Shown: positions 1-9,115 of the stretch, piece after piece | Position numbering within the stretch: position 1 is the stretch's first letter | How the letters are laid out: each line of letters starts with the position of its first letter | NCBI GenBank assembly: GCA_037138335.1 | Contig: JBAXIO010000014.1 | Coordinates: 2,393 to 66,392, forward strand | DNA from: Bacteroidota bacterium | Lineage (GTDB): Bacteria; Bacteroidota; Bacteroidia; Bacteroidales; FEN-979 | Direction: 5' to 3' | Length of the DNA: 64,000 nucleotides | The notes under the pieces: model-generated | Databases searched by the model: none | What the model saw: only the letters and a program-made list of their open reading frames with translations | What the model was told of the DNA's origin: nothing | Program-made: the position numbers and the translations under genes

Positions 1-527
1 CACTTCCATGGGTCAGCTTATCAGTAAAAGGTGAGAATAGCCGCATCCTCGACGCAGGCTGCGGCGCCGGGCGTTCAACAATTGCTTTAAGCAAAGTCTG
101 TTCCGGGAAGATCACCGCATTCGACCTTTTTAACTCCGATTATATTGCCGGGGGAGGGAATACGCTTCTTGAGAAAAACCTGAAACTGGCAGGCATCAGT
201 GACAGGGTAGAAATAATTCAGGGTGATATCACCGGTACCGGATTTCCGCAAGGAACATATGATGCGGTTATCAGTTCCTATATGATCGATCATCTCGGGG
301 ACCAGAAACTCAATGCGCTGATGGAAATCAACCGCATCCTCAAACCGAACGGGAGGATGCTGATGATTGTTCTGACTCCAACCCTCTCATCCTTCGCTAT
401 CCTTAATGTACTGTCGCTTATGCTGACTTCAAAACAACAATGGAAGAAACTATTCGTGAAGGCAAATCTAAAACTGATAGAAGAAGCTGAAATTAACGGG
501 GGAACCTATTTCCTTCTTGAAAAATGA
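1..527 (+). CDS. Class I SAM-dependent methyltransferase, 5'-truncated by the window edge
   Basis: The frame of track ORF 282..527 stays open back to nt 3. My translation gives ...SRILDAGCGAGRSTIAL... (SAM-binding motif I), ...DAVISSYMIDHL... and ...LKPNGRMLMIV. Confidence 0.75.
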   Translation, partial: LPWVSLSVKGENSRILDAGCGAGRSTIALSKVCSGKITAFDLFNSDYIAGGGNTLLEKNLKLAGISDRVEIIQGDITGTGFPQGTYDAVISSYMIDHLGDQKLNALMEINRILKPNGRMLMIVLTPTLSSFAILNVLSLMLTSKQQWKKLFVKANLKLIEEAEINGGTYFLLEK

Positions 528-562
528 TCCAGACGCATTTTACATCTTTCAACTCATAAAGC

Positions 563-1198
563 ATGTACCAGATATTCATTGGAAGTTTTATTTTAAGCAC
601 AATCCACGCTTTAATCCCGAATCACTGGCTGCCTCTGATCGCGGTTGGTAAAACAGAGAAATGGACGCCGTATCAGACCTTGCTGGCAACCATCATTACC
701 GGGTTCGCCCATACACTCAGTACAGTCATTGTCGGAATTATCGTTGGGGTTATTGGGTATAAGCTCTCGGCCAGCTATTCTGCAATATCAGAAACCATTG
801 CTCCTGCAATACTGATCGCCTTAGGCATAGTCTATATAATCATCGATTTTCTTCACCTTCGCCACCGGCATGAAACGAACCCGGTTATCCCTGAAGCTGG
901 TTTTAACAGAACAAGATGGTTCACAATACTCACTCCGCTAAGTATTGCAATGTTTTTGACGCCTTGTGTGGAAATCGAGGCATACTACTTCCAGGCCGGG
1001 ACAATCGGCTGGGCAGGGATACTCATTGTATCGGCTGTCTATATGATTACAACCATAGTTCTCATGGTGTCCCTGGTATACCTGGGCATGAAAGGAAGCA
1101 GAACATTCAGGTCAGGTTTCATGGAGCACCATGAAAAAGCTGTTACCGGTATGGTATTGATTGCCCTTGGTATGCTGGCGTTAATAGTAAAATTTTAA
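563..1198 (+). CDS. Polytopic membrane protein, possibly a NicO/RcnA- or UreH-like metal transporter (tentative)
   Basis: 211 aa with multiple hydrophobic helices. His-rich elements (HALIPNHW near the N-terminus, central HLRHRHE, MEHHEK) resemble Ni/Co transporter families. Assignment is by eye only. Confidence 0.35.
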   Translation: MYQIFIGSFILSTIHALIPNHWLPLIAVGKTEKWTPYQTLLATIITGFAHTLSTVIVGIIVGVIGYKLSASYSAISETIAPAILIALGIVYIIIDFLHLRHRHETNPVIPEAGFNRTRWFTILTPLSIAMFLTPCVEIEAYYFQAGTIGWAGILIVSAVYMITTIVLMVSLVYLGMKGSRTFRSGFMEHHEKAVTGMVLIALGMLALIVKF

Positions 1199-1273
1199 AA
1201 AATGTTCTGATCTGTTTCTCAAGGCCTTCCCTTACTGACTTGAAATCCCATTTAGAAAAAGAGGGAAGGCCCC

Positions 1274-1846
1274 TTACTTTTTCAGGATATTCAGGGCTTC
1301 ATCAATATGTTTCTCAAAACTGAATTGCGAAGAGAATATCTTTTTAATGATCCCCTGGCTGTCTATCACATATGTTGCCCTGCCCGGGATCAAACCCAGG
1401 GTTTTTCCAACGTTATACAATTTTGCAACCTTATGGTCCTTGTCGGAAAGCAAAATAAACGGGAGTTTGTGATTGTCGGCAAAAGATTTGTGAGAAGCCT
1501 GGTCATCGGCGCTGATACCGATCACTTCGGCTCCGGCTTCCTTGAAGACCTCGTAATTATCCCTGAAACTGCATGCCTCCTTTGTACATCCGTAAGACTC
1601 ATCTTTCGGATAAAAGAAAAGAACGATTTTTTTCTTGCCGATAAACTGCGACAGGCTTACCATGCTGCCGTCAGGCGAAGGGAGGGTGAAATCAGGAGCC
1701 TTTGATCCTTCTTTGATTACTTTGTTTTCCATTGATGTCATGTTTAAATGCTGATTGATCGTGATGACCGTTAAAATTGCCAGGATCGCTACGATTGTAA
1801 TGGTAGTGACGAGGTAATGTTTTCGTATTTTGAGCAATAGTTTCAC
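1274..1846 (-). CDS. bcp: Peroxiredoxin Bcp (AhpC/TSA family) with an N-terminal hydrophobic anchor
   Basis: FFYPKDESYGCTKEACSFRD matches the Bcp active-site block (FYPK..T.GCT.EAC..RD), preceded by KAPDFTLP. The N-terminal YLVTTITIVAILAILTVITI looks like a signal anchor. An alternative start at M36 (nt 1741) would remove it. Confidence 0.85.
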   Translation of the reverse strand: MKLLLKIRKHYLVTTITIVAILAILTVITINQHLNMTSMENKVIKEGSKAPDFTLPSPDGSMVSLSQFIGKKKIVLFFYPKDESYGCTKEACSFRDNYEVFKEAGAEVIGISADDQASHKSFADNHKLPFILLSDKDHKVAKLYNVGKTLGLIPGRATYVIDSQGIIKKIFSSQFSFEKHIDEALNILKK

Positions 1847-1897
1847 CCTGCAAATTTACGAATAATTTAGAATAATTATAAATAGAAATAATTTATT

Positions 1898-1905
1898 TAC
1901 CTTTG
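1898..1905 (+). promoter_or_regulatory. Bacteroidota -7 promoter box (TAccTTTG) for the glutathione peroxidase gene
   Basis: TACCTTTG matches the TAnnTTTG consensus about 30 nt upstream of ATG 1936. Confidence 0.5.
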
Positions 1906-1935
1906 CAGCCTGAATAAACCGATAAATTTAATCTT

Positions 1936-2484
1936 ATGAAGTTACTTAACCTGATTATAGCATTTCTAGCAATGACAACTATATCTAATGCGCAAACCGG
2001 TAAATCATTTTATGATTTCAAGGTTACAACCCTCGAAGGACAACCCTTTGATCTCGCATCTCTCAAAGGGAAGAAAGTGCTGGTTGTTAACACTGCCTCT
2101 AAGTGCGGACATACGCCCCAGTATGCCCAGCTTGAAGAGATTTACAAGAAGTATGCCGATAAAAACTTTGTAATCATAGGGTTCCCTGCTAACAACTTTT
2201 TGTCGCAGGAACCGGGCAGCAACGACCAGATCAGGGAATTCTGCACTAAAAATTACGGAGTTACTTTTCCGATGATGGCAAAGATCTCAGTTAAAGGGAA
2301 GGATATTGATCCTCTTTACCAGTGGCTTACCAGCAAAGAAGAGAATGGGGTAATGGATGCACCTGTGAAATGGAATTTTCAGAAATTCATGATCGATGAA
2401 AACGGGAAACTGGCAGGCATGGTTCCTCCCGGAGATCTTCCCGACTGCGAAAAAATCATTAACTGGATAGAAAACAAAAAATGA
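1936..2484 (+). CDS. Glutathione peroxidase family protein with a signal peptide
   Basis: [25 protein letters not shown] and KWNFQKFMI match the three conserved GPx blocks. The N-terminal [20 protein letters not shown] is signal-peptide-like. Confidence 0.9.
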   Translation: MKLLNLIIAFLAMTTISNAQTGKSFYDFKVTTLEGQPFDLASLKGKKVLVVNTASKCGHTPQYAQLEEIYKKYADKNFVIIGFPANNFLSQEPGSNDQIREFCTKNYGVTFPMMAKISVKGKDIDPLYQWLTSKEENGVMDAPVKWNFQKFMIDENGKLAGMVPPGDLPDCEKIINWIENKK

Positions 2485-2642
2485 AAAAGTACAAATGCAC
2501 GGTTTGCGGCCATGTGTATGACCCCGCAAGCGGGGATCCCGATTCGGGAATAGCCCCCGGAACAGCTTTTGAAGACATTCCCTCCGGCTGGGTTTGCCCG
2601 ATTTGCAGTGTCGGCAAGGAAGATTACATCCCGATGGATTGA
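2481..2642 (+). CDS. Rubredoxin (53 aa, absent from the ORF track)
   Basis: Hand translation: [53 protein letters not shown]. It has two CxxC pairs (CTVCG, CPIC) in the canonical rubredoxin layout. The ATG overlaps the GPx stop codon (ATGA). Confidence 0.9.
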   Translation: MKKYKCTVCGHVYDPASGDPDSGIAPGTAFEDIPSGWVCPICSVGKEDYIPMD

Positions 2643-2747
2643 ACAAAAAGGATGCAGGAAATCCTGCTTTGCTGTTTGCTGTGTTTTCCCGCCCTGCGTA
2701 AATTTAAATTGTGTACTCATGATTGCTGAGTAAGTCGTTACTTAAAT

Positions 2748-2755
2748 TACCTTTG
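2748..2755 (+). promoter_or_regulatory. Bacteroidota -7 promoter box (TAccTTTG) for rubrerythrin
   Basis: TACCTTTG lies 17 nt upstream of ATG 2773. A small inverted repeat, TAAGT-cgtt-ACTTA, sits just upstream. Confidence 0.5.
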
Positions 2756-2772
2756 TTATAAACTCAGTTAAA

Positions 2773-3351
2773 ATGGAAACATCGATCAAAGGAACCCGTA
2801 CCGAAAAGAACCTGCTGAAATCCTTCGCAGGTGAATCACAGGCCAAGAACCGTTATACTTTCTTCTCAAAGCAGGCTAAAAAAGAGGGATACGAGCAGAT
2901 TTCCGCCCTGTTTATGGAAACAGCCCTGAATGAAGAATCCCATGCAAAAATATTCTTCAGGTTCCTGGAAGGCGGGCCGGTTGAAATAACGGCCACCTAT
3001 CCCGCCGGAAGCATAGGGACCACGGCTGAAAACCTGAAAGCCGCAGCCGATGGTGAAAAAGAGGAATGGACTGAACTCTATCCTGAATTTGCCCGGATTG
3101 CAGCAGAAGAAGGTTTTCCGAAAATTGCAACGGCCTATAAACTAATCACGCAGGTAGAGCAGCATCATGAAAAACGCTACCGGAAACTCCTGAACAACAT
3201 GGAAAAGAACAGGGTTTTCGAAAAAGAAGAAAAGGTATACTGGGTCTGCAGGAAATGCGGATACATCCATTTTGGGGTTAAAGCCCTTCAAAACTGTCCG
3301 GCATGTCAGCATCCCCAGGCATACTTCGAAGTTCTTGGAGAGAATTATTAA
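2773..3351 (+). CDS. rbr: Rubrerythrin
   Basis: An N-terminal ferritin-like diiron domain (ESQAKNRYTFF..., EESHAKIF, EQHHEKRY) is followed by a C-terminal rubredoxin-like CRKCG...CPACQHP. Confidence 0.9.
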   Translation: METSIKGTRTEKNLLKSFAGESQAKNRYTFFSKQAKKEGYEQISALFMETALNEESHAKIFFRFLEGGPVEITATYPAGSIGTTAENLKAAADGEKEEWTELYPEFARIAAEEGFPKIATAYKLITQVEQHHEKRYRKLLNNMEKNRVFEKEEKVYWVCRKCGYIHFGVKALQNCPACQHPQAYFEVLGENY

Positions 3352-3389
3352 ATACCGATGGCTGGTTACACTTGAAACTGGAATTCTTA

Positions 3390-3429
3390 ATATCCGGATA
3401 TCCGGATATCCGGATATCCAGATATCCAG
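3390..3429. repeat. Tandem octamer array: ATATCCGG x3 + ATATCCAG x2
   Basis: Read directly from the sequence: atatccgg atatccgg atatccgg atatccag atatccag. It is intergenic, between the rbr stop (3351) and the E1 start (3467). Confidence 0.95.
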
Positions 3430-3466
3430 TCATCTTGTATCAATTTGGCTTTAACAATCAAGAATA

Positions 3467-5872
3467 ATGAAACATAACAGGAAATTCAATAAAGAAGAAG
3501 TTCTGGCCGATTACAGGCTGGCTTGTGAATCGAGGCAGATCAGCCTTCTGGGTCGCCGTGAAGCCCTTGGCGGAAGAGCCAATTTCGGGATCTTCGGCGA
3601 CGGGAAAGAAGTTCCGCAGATTGCCATGGCCAAATTTTTCAAGCCTGGTGACTGGAGGGCAGGGTACTACCGTGAACAAACTTTTATGATGGCCGCGGGT
3701 TTGTCGGATAAGGAAAGGTTCTTTGCACATCTATACGGCGATACCGACCTTACCAGGAACCCCGACAATGCAGGCAGGCTTATGAACAATCATTTCGCAA
3801 CCCGGAGCCTGGATGAAAACGGGGAATGGAAAGACCTTACAAAACAAAAGAATTCTTCGGGTGACATCTCTCCCACTGCAGCCCAGATGCCGCGTTTGCT
3901 CGGGCTTGCGCTGGCTTCGAAAACATTCAGGAACAGCAGGGAGATGCAGGAGGCCGGGAAAAAATTCACTGTGAACGGTAATGAAGTTGCCTTCGGGATG
4001 ATTGGCGATGCCTCAACTTCAGAAGGTCATTTCTGGGAAACGATCAATGCTGCCGGGGTGCAGCAGGTTCCTATGGCACTTGCTGTATGGGACGACGGAT
4101 ACGGGATCAGCGTACCCAAGAAATACCAGACAACGAAGGAAAGTATTTCTGAAGTGCTTAAAGGCTTTGTTAAGGACAAGGACAAGCCGGGCGGCATCTT
4201 GCTTTATACCTGCAAAGGATGGGATTACCCGGCCCTGCTCGATATGTTTGAGGAGGGGATAGCGATTTGCCGTAAAGATCATGTACCCGTGGTTTTTCAT
4301 GTTACCGAGCTTACTCAGCCACAGGGGCATTCCACATCCGGATCGCATGAAAGGTACAAGTCGGCCGAACGCCTTGCCTGGGAGAAAGAATTCGATTGCA
4401 TTGTTAAAATGCGTGAATGGGCCGTTGGCAGCGGCATGGCCACTGCCGCTGAACTCGACGCCATAGAAGCCGAGTCGGTGAGAGCCGCCCGATCGGCCCG
4501 GGATAATGCATGGAAAGCATACCAGGCACCTATCAAAGCCGAAAGGGAGCACCTGGTTTCAGTTGTAAAAACAAGCCATTGTCCCTGCAAAAAGCAGGAC
4601 CGTATCGATAAGATCGTTGCCGACCTTCAAATGGTTGCTGAGCCTATCCGCAAGGACATCATATCCTCAGCAAAGAAAATACTGAGGGATGTATGTACGA
4701 CGTGCAGCATGAAAAAGCCCATGAAAGCCGACCTGGAACAATGGATGGATGAGCAGAAGAGACTTAATTTTGACCGTTACAGTTCGCATCTTTACAGTGA
4801 ATCGGCCCAGGCTGCCCTGAAAGTGGAAAGCGTTCCCCCGGTATTCAATGAAGATTCACCTGTGGTCACCGGACGTGAAGTCCTTGTCGCCAACAATGAT
4901 TATCTTTTGAAGAACAATCCTCTTATGATGTACTTCGGGGAGGATGTCGGTAAAATTGGCGGTGTAAATCAAACCCTTGAAGGCCTGCAGGCAAAGTATG
5001 GCGAAAACCGGGTCTTCGATACCGGCATCAGGGAATTGACCATCCTCGGCCAGGGCCTTGGGCTCGCTTTACGCGGATTGAGGCCGGTTACAGAAATTCA
5101 GTATTTTGATTACCTCTTGTATGGGTTACAGGTCCTGAGCGACGATATTGCCACAACCCAGTACCGTACCAAAGGAGGTCAGAAAGTACCGATGATCATT
5201 TCTACCCGTGGCCACAGGCTGGTCGGGATATGGCATTCGGGCTCGCCTCTCAGCATGGTGATCAACTCGATCAGGGGTGTTCATGTACTCGTCCCAAGGA
5301 ATATGACACAGGCTGCAGGCTTCTATAATACCATGATCGCCTCGGATGACCCGGCCCTCATCATCGAACCCCTGAACGGTTACCGCCTTAAAGAGAGGTT
5401 GCCGGCTAATATAGGAAGGTTCCGCATCCCCCTCGGCGTGCCCGAAATACTTAACGAAGGAAGCGACCTTACCCTTGTTACCTATGGTTCATGTGTGAGA
5501 ATTGCCCAGGAAGCCGTTAACCAGCTTAAAGATTTCAACATCTCGGTTGAACTCATCGACGTACAGTCACTGGTACCGTTTGATATACCGGGAACGATTG
5601 TACAGTCGCTGAAGAAAACAAGCAAGATAGTGTTCTTCGACGAGGACGTCCCCGGTGGCGCCACCGCTTATATGATGCAAAAAGTGCTGGAGGATCAGAA
5701 AGGATACAGGTATCTTGATATAGAACCGAGAACACTCACTTCGAAAGACCACCGCCCGGCATACAGCAACGACGGCGACTATTTCTCAAATCCTAATGCC
5801 GAAAATGTGTTTGAGACGATATATGCTTTAATGCACGAATATAACCCCAATAAATATGTAAGGTTATGGTAA
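3467..5872 (+). CDS. Fused 2-oxoacid dehydrogenase E1 component, alpha+beta in one chain (BCKDH/transketolase-like)
   Basis: 801 aa. The N-terminal half carries a TPP-binding block (GMIGDASTSEGHFWETINAAG). The C-terminal half is like the E1-beta/transketolase pyrimidine and C-terminal domains (RVFDTGIRELTILGQGLGLALRG; ...LVTYGSCV...ELIDVQSLVPFD). Confidence 0.8.
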   Translation: MKHNRKFNKEEVLADYRLACESRQISLLGRREALGGRANFGIFGDGKEVPQIAMAKFFKPGDWRAGYYREQTFMMAAGLSDKERFFAHLYGDTDLTRNPDNAGRLMNNHFATRSLDENGEWKDLTKQKNSSGDISPTAAQMPRLLGLALASKTFRNSREMQEAGKKFTVNGNEVAFGMIGDASTSEGHFWETINAAGVQQVPMALAVWDDGYGISVPKKYQTTKESISEVLKGFVKDKDKPGGILLYTCKGWDYPALLDMFEEGIAICRKDHVPVVFHVTELTQPQGHSTSGSHERYKSAERLAWEKEFDCIVKMREWAVGSGMATAAELDAIEAESVRAARSARDNAWKAYQAPIKAEREHLVSVVKTSHCPCKKQDRIDKIVADLQMVAEPIRKDIISSAKKILRDVCTTCSMKKPMKADLEQWMDEQKRLNFDRYSSHLYSESAQAALKVESVPPVFNEDSPVVTGREVLVANNDYLLKNNPLMMYFGEDVGKIGGVNQTLEGLQAKYGENRVFDTGIRELTILGQGLGLALRGLRPVTEIQYFDYLLYGLQVLSDDIATTQYRTKGGQKVPMIISTRGHRLVGIWHSGSPLSMVINSIRGVHVLVPRNMTQAAGFYNTMIASDDPALIIEPLNGYRLKERLPANIGRFRIPLGVPEILNEGSDLTLVTYGSCVRIAQEAVNQLKDFNISVELIDVQSLVPFDIPGTIVQSLKKTSKIVFFDEDVPGGATAYMMQKVLEDQKGYRYLDIEPRTLTSKDHRPAYSNDGDYFSNPNAENVFETIYALMHEYNPNKYVRLW

Positions 5873-5943
5873 TATCCTGCATCCCGAATCCCGGATCAGG
5901 TTTACATAGATAATTTATTAAATTCGTATTAAATAAAAAGCCT

Positions 5944-7206
5944 ATGTACAGGAAATCCTTATTACTCGCTTCAGTTATAATGGCCCTTTACCAGCCAATT
6001 GCCATTGCACAGCAGAAATCTTCAAATCAGCCAGAAATGGTCTTCGTTGAAGGGGGAACGTTTAACATGGGCTCAAATACCGGTGGGAGTGATGAAAAGC
6101 CCATGCACGAGGTATTTGTTGATAATTATTCTATTGGTAAATATGAAGTGACGATAAGCGAATTCCGGAGGTTTGTCAAGGATACAAAATATGTCACCGA
6201 TGCTGAAAAACTGGCTGAATTGTATAAAACCGATCTCAGCCAGACAAAAGCAAGACCCGGAAAGAACTGGCATTCCATCTCCATCGGGGTGGAAATTCCG
6301 GAAAAGGATTCAATGCTCCCGGTCTCTTTTATCAGCTGGAATGATGCAAACGCATATTGTGACTGGTTATCAAAACAAACCAGTAAAACTTACCGCATCC
6401 CAACCGCTGCCGAATGGGAGTTTGCTGCTAGAGGCGGAACAAAATCGGGGCATTTTATTTACAGCGGCAGCAATATTGCCGAGGAAGTCGCCTGGTTCAG
6501 TAAAAATGCCGGGTTCAAGAGCCACAACATCGGAACGAAACGGGCTAATGAGCTGGGGATCTATGATATGAGCGGGAATATGCAGGAGTGGTGCTATGAC
6601 TGGTACAATGCCTATTATTACACCGACAGCCCGAAAGAAAATCCCCGGGGACCCGACCAGGGCCGCAGAAAAGTAGTCAGGGGCGGCTCCTGGGGCAGCG
6701 CTGAGACATCACTGAGGACAACATACCGCAACAATGATTTTCCCAATTCTTCCCAGGCTGATTTCGGGTTCAGGCTTGCCCGTACCGAAACGCCTGCCCC
6801 TAAGGTTACCGCCCCGGTCAAAGACGAATCGGCCATGAAAAAAGAACTTGATTCCAAAGGTTTCATCAATATTTATGGTATATATTTCGACCCGGGATCA
6901 GCAAAAGTAAAGGCCGAAAGCACTCCGGTAATCCATGAACTTACCGAATTCCTCAATGAAGAAATAAAGGTGAGTATAGTCATTGAAGGGCATACCGATA
7001 ATACAGGCACTGCCGACGGGAATTTGAAACTTTCAATGAAAAGGGCGGAAGCCATAAGGGACGCCCTGGTTGAAAGAGGGATTGAAGATACACGTATCCA
7101 GTGCAAAGGTCTGGGCGACACACAGCCGATCGCCGAAAATAAAACAAGCGACGGGCGAAAGCAAAACCGGAGAGTAACAATTAAAAAACTCAGTGATACC
7201 AAGTAA
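5944..7206 (+). CDS. Secreted FGE-sulfatase (SUMF1-like) domain protein fused to an OmpA C-terminal peptidoglycan-binding domain
   Basis: A signal peptide is followed by MVFVEGGTFNMGS..., EWEFAARGG, RVVRGGSW and FGFRLAR (FGE-sulfatase fold). The C-terminal part reads IEGHTDNTGTADGNLKLSMKRAEAIRDALVERGI...NRRVTI (OmpA_C). Confidence 0.8.
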   Translation: MYRKSLLLASVIMALYQPIAIAQQKSSNQPEMVFVEGGTFNMGSNTGGSDEKPMHEVFVDNYSIGKYEVTISEFRRFVKDTKYVTDAEKLAELYKTDLSQTKARPGKNWHSISIGVEIPEKDSMLPVSFISWNDANAYCDWLSKQTSKTYRIPTAAEWEFAARGGTKSGHFIYSGSNIAEEVAWFSKNAGFKSHNIGTKRANELGIYDMSGNMQEWCYDWYNAYYYTDSPKENPRGPDQGRRKVVRGGSWGSAETSLRTTYRNNDFPNSSQADFGFRLARTETPAPKVTAPVKDESAMKKELDSKGFINIYGIYFDPGSAKVKAESTPVIHELTEFLNEEIKVSIVIEGHTDNTGTADGNLKLSMKRAEAIRDALVERGIEDTRIQCKGLGDTQPIAENKTSDGRKQNRRVTIKKLSDTK

Positions 7207-7218
7207 ATCATCCATCCT

Positions 7219-7893
7219 TTGAACCTGAGGATTGTATCCACCGGTGACCAGTCTGATACGATATTTGTTCCCGCACTGAACGAAAGTTACCATTCTTCTC
7301 ATGGAGCTGTGCAGGAGTCAATGCATGTGTTCATCGAAGCCGGGCTCTCCCATCTTGACCCGGCAACAGGCACTATCAACGTTCTCGAGGTCGGTTTCGG
7401 CACAGGCCTGAACGCCCTGCTCACCTTGCTTGAGGCAGAACGACAGGGGAAAAAGTTCGAATATACTGCAATCGAAGCTTATCCCCTTGAAAGGGGTCTG
7501 TGGCGACAGCTGAATTATCCTGATATGCTTTGTACACCAGGTCACAAAGACATCTATGAAAAGTTGCACCTTGCCCCATGGGGAAAGCCGGAGGAGATCA
7601 CAAACCTCTTCCGCCTTCATAAAATTCATAATAGACTCGAGGAATACTCTCCTCCCGTTGAAACCTTCGATCTTGTTTACTTTGATGCATTTTCCCCTTC
7701 GACCCAGCCGGAATTATGGACAAAAGAGATCTTCCTGAAGTTGTTCCTCTCAATGAAACCCGGGGCCATTCTCACAACCTATTCCGTGAAGGGCGATGTG
7801 ATAAGGGCATTGAGAGCCTCCGGATTCATCGTGGAAAAGATCCCCGGCCCCCCGGGAAAAAGGCAGATCACAAGAGCTGTGAAACATACCTGA
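7219..7893 (+). CDS. mnmD: tRNA 5-methylaminomethyl-2-thiouridine methyltransferase (MnmC methyltransferase-domain/MnmD type)
   Basis: YHSSHGAVQESMHVFI, LEVGFGTGLN and YFDAFSPSTQPELWT fit the MnmC MTase/DUF752 family. The conserved N-terminus forces a non-ATG (TTG) start at 7219. Confidence 0.7.
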   Translation: MNLRIVSTGDQSDTIFVPALNESYHSSHGAVQESMHVFIEAGLSHLDPATGTINVLEVGFGTGLNALLTLLEAERQGKKFEYTAIEAYPLERGLWRQLNYPDMLCTPGHKDIYEKLHLAPWGKPEEITNLFRLHKIHNRLEEYSPPVETFDLVYFDAFSPSTQPELWTKEIFLKLFLSMKPGAILTTYSVKGDVIRALRASGFIVEKIPGPPGKRQITRAVKHT

Positions 7894-7902
7894 AAGAAAG
7901 AA

Positions 7903-8358
7903 ATGCAGATGAATGAAAAACGCTTTAATATCAGGGTCTATGGCCTGTTCACTGCGGATGGCATGATCCTGGTTACCGACGAGTTCCGTCTGGGCATGTT
8001 CATGACCAAATTCCCCGGAGGTGCACTTGAATTCGGCGAAGGGACCATAGATTGCCTGAAAAGGGAATTCAGGGAAGAACTGGACTCGGGGATCCGTGAT
8101 ATCTCACATTTCTATACGACCGATTTTTACCAGCCCACTACCCTGCTGCCGACAGATATGCAGTTGTTTAACGTGTATTATACCCTGCAAATCGATAAAC
8201 CTTATAGGTTCAAAACAACTGAAATTAAAAATGACATACCCGCAGTTGACGGGGCTCAAAGTTTCAGGTGGCTGAAAATTAGCGAACTAAAAGAGGAGGA
8301 TTTTACGTTTCCTATCGACAGGTTTCTGGTTTCTAAGATCAAACTTGAATTAAAATGA
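7903..8358 (+). CDS. NUDIX hydrolase
   Basis: A Nudix box is present: GGALEFGEGTIDCLKREFREELD. Confidence 0.8.
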   Translation: MQMNEKRFNIRVYGLFTADGMILVTDEFRLGMFMTKFPGGALEFGEGTIDCLKREFREELDSGIRDISHFYTTDFYQPTTLLPTDMQLFNVYYTLQIDKPYRFKTTEIKNDIPAVDGAQSFRWLKISELKEEDFTFPIDRFLVSKIKLELK

Positions 8359-9092
8359 AAAGGCTGATATTTTCCATGCTAATCCTGCTGATCATCGTCT
8401 CCTGCCAGACGGCAAGGGAAGGCAATACGAAGGTCGCCGGAAACATCAGGGGAGTCCCTGGTGAACTTATGAAACTGGTGGAAGTGGGGCCTTCAAATTC
8501 TGTCGTGATTGACTCTGTGATCATCGGCAAATCCGGAGATTTCTCTTTTCATTTAAATTTAAAAGAACCCGGGCTATACCTGCTAAGCCTTCCGCCGAAC
8601 AACATATTGATCTTCGAACTCAGGCCTGGCGATACGGTTGGGATTAAGTCAGGGGGGATATCACATCTTGAGGATGTGATCATCACAGGATCGCCATCCA
8701 GCAGCGACATGAAAAAATTTTTTAATGCGACTTTCAGGAACCGCAGAGTATACGACTCCCTTCAAAGCAGCCTGTTATCACATCAGGGCGATCCTGATTT
8801 TGCCGGATTCTCGAAAAAACTGGATGAGTCCTTCAAGCCAGTCTGGGAAAATCAGCATACACTTGAAACTGAATATGTCAACAGGCATCTTAACAGCTTA
8901 ACCTCCCTTCTGATCCTTAACCAGGGCATCGGGACAAGTCCTGTGCTTACGTTTCACAATGATTCTGTTTACTTTCTGAAGATTGACAGCTCCCTGGGAA
9001 GGTCATTTCCGGGAAACAAGCATGCAGTTTTCCATCATAACAGGATAATCAGGGAAAGGGAAATGGAAGCCGTGAAAAAACAAACCAGATAA
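8355..9092 (+). CDS. Lipoprotein, DUF4369-like N-terminal domain (function unknown)
   Basis: The lipobox-like signal is LLIIVSC. The N-terminal beta-rich segment (KVAGNIRGVPGELMKLVEVG...DFSFHLNLKEPGLYLL) resembles the domain that precedes TlpA-like oxidoreductases, but no thioredoxin domain follows. The start overlaps the NUDIX stop (ATGA). Confidence 0.4.
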   Translation: MKRLIFSMLILLIIVSCQTAREGNTKVAGNIRGVPGELMKLVEVGPSNSVVIDSVIIGKSGDFSFHLNLKEPGLYLLSLPPNNILIFELRPGDTVGIKSGGISHLEDVIITGSPSSSDMKKFFNATFRNRRVYDSLQSSLLSHQGDPDFAGFSKKLDESFKPVWENQHTLETEYVNRHLNSLTSLLILNQGIGTSPVLTFHNDSVYFLKIDSSLGRSFPGNKHAVFHHNRIIREREMEAVKKQTR

Positions 9093-9115
9093 ATTTTCCG
9101 ATATTTGTACTGAAT

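Noticed and set aside
2287-2720. Two overlapping minus-strand ORFs of 119 and 113 aa.
   Set aside because: They lie antisense to the 3' end of the GPx gene and to the rubredoxin gene, both of which have strong family motifs. Their products are Arg/Cys/Pro-rich with no motif.
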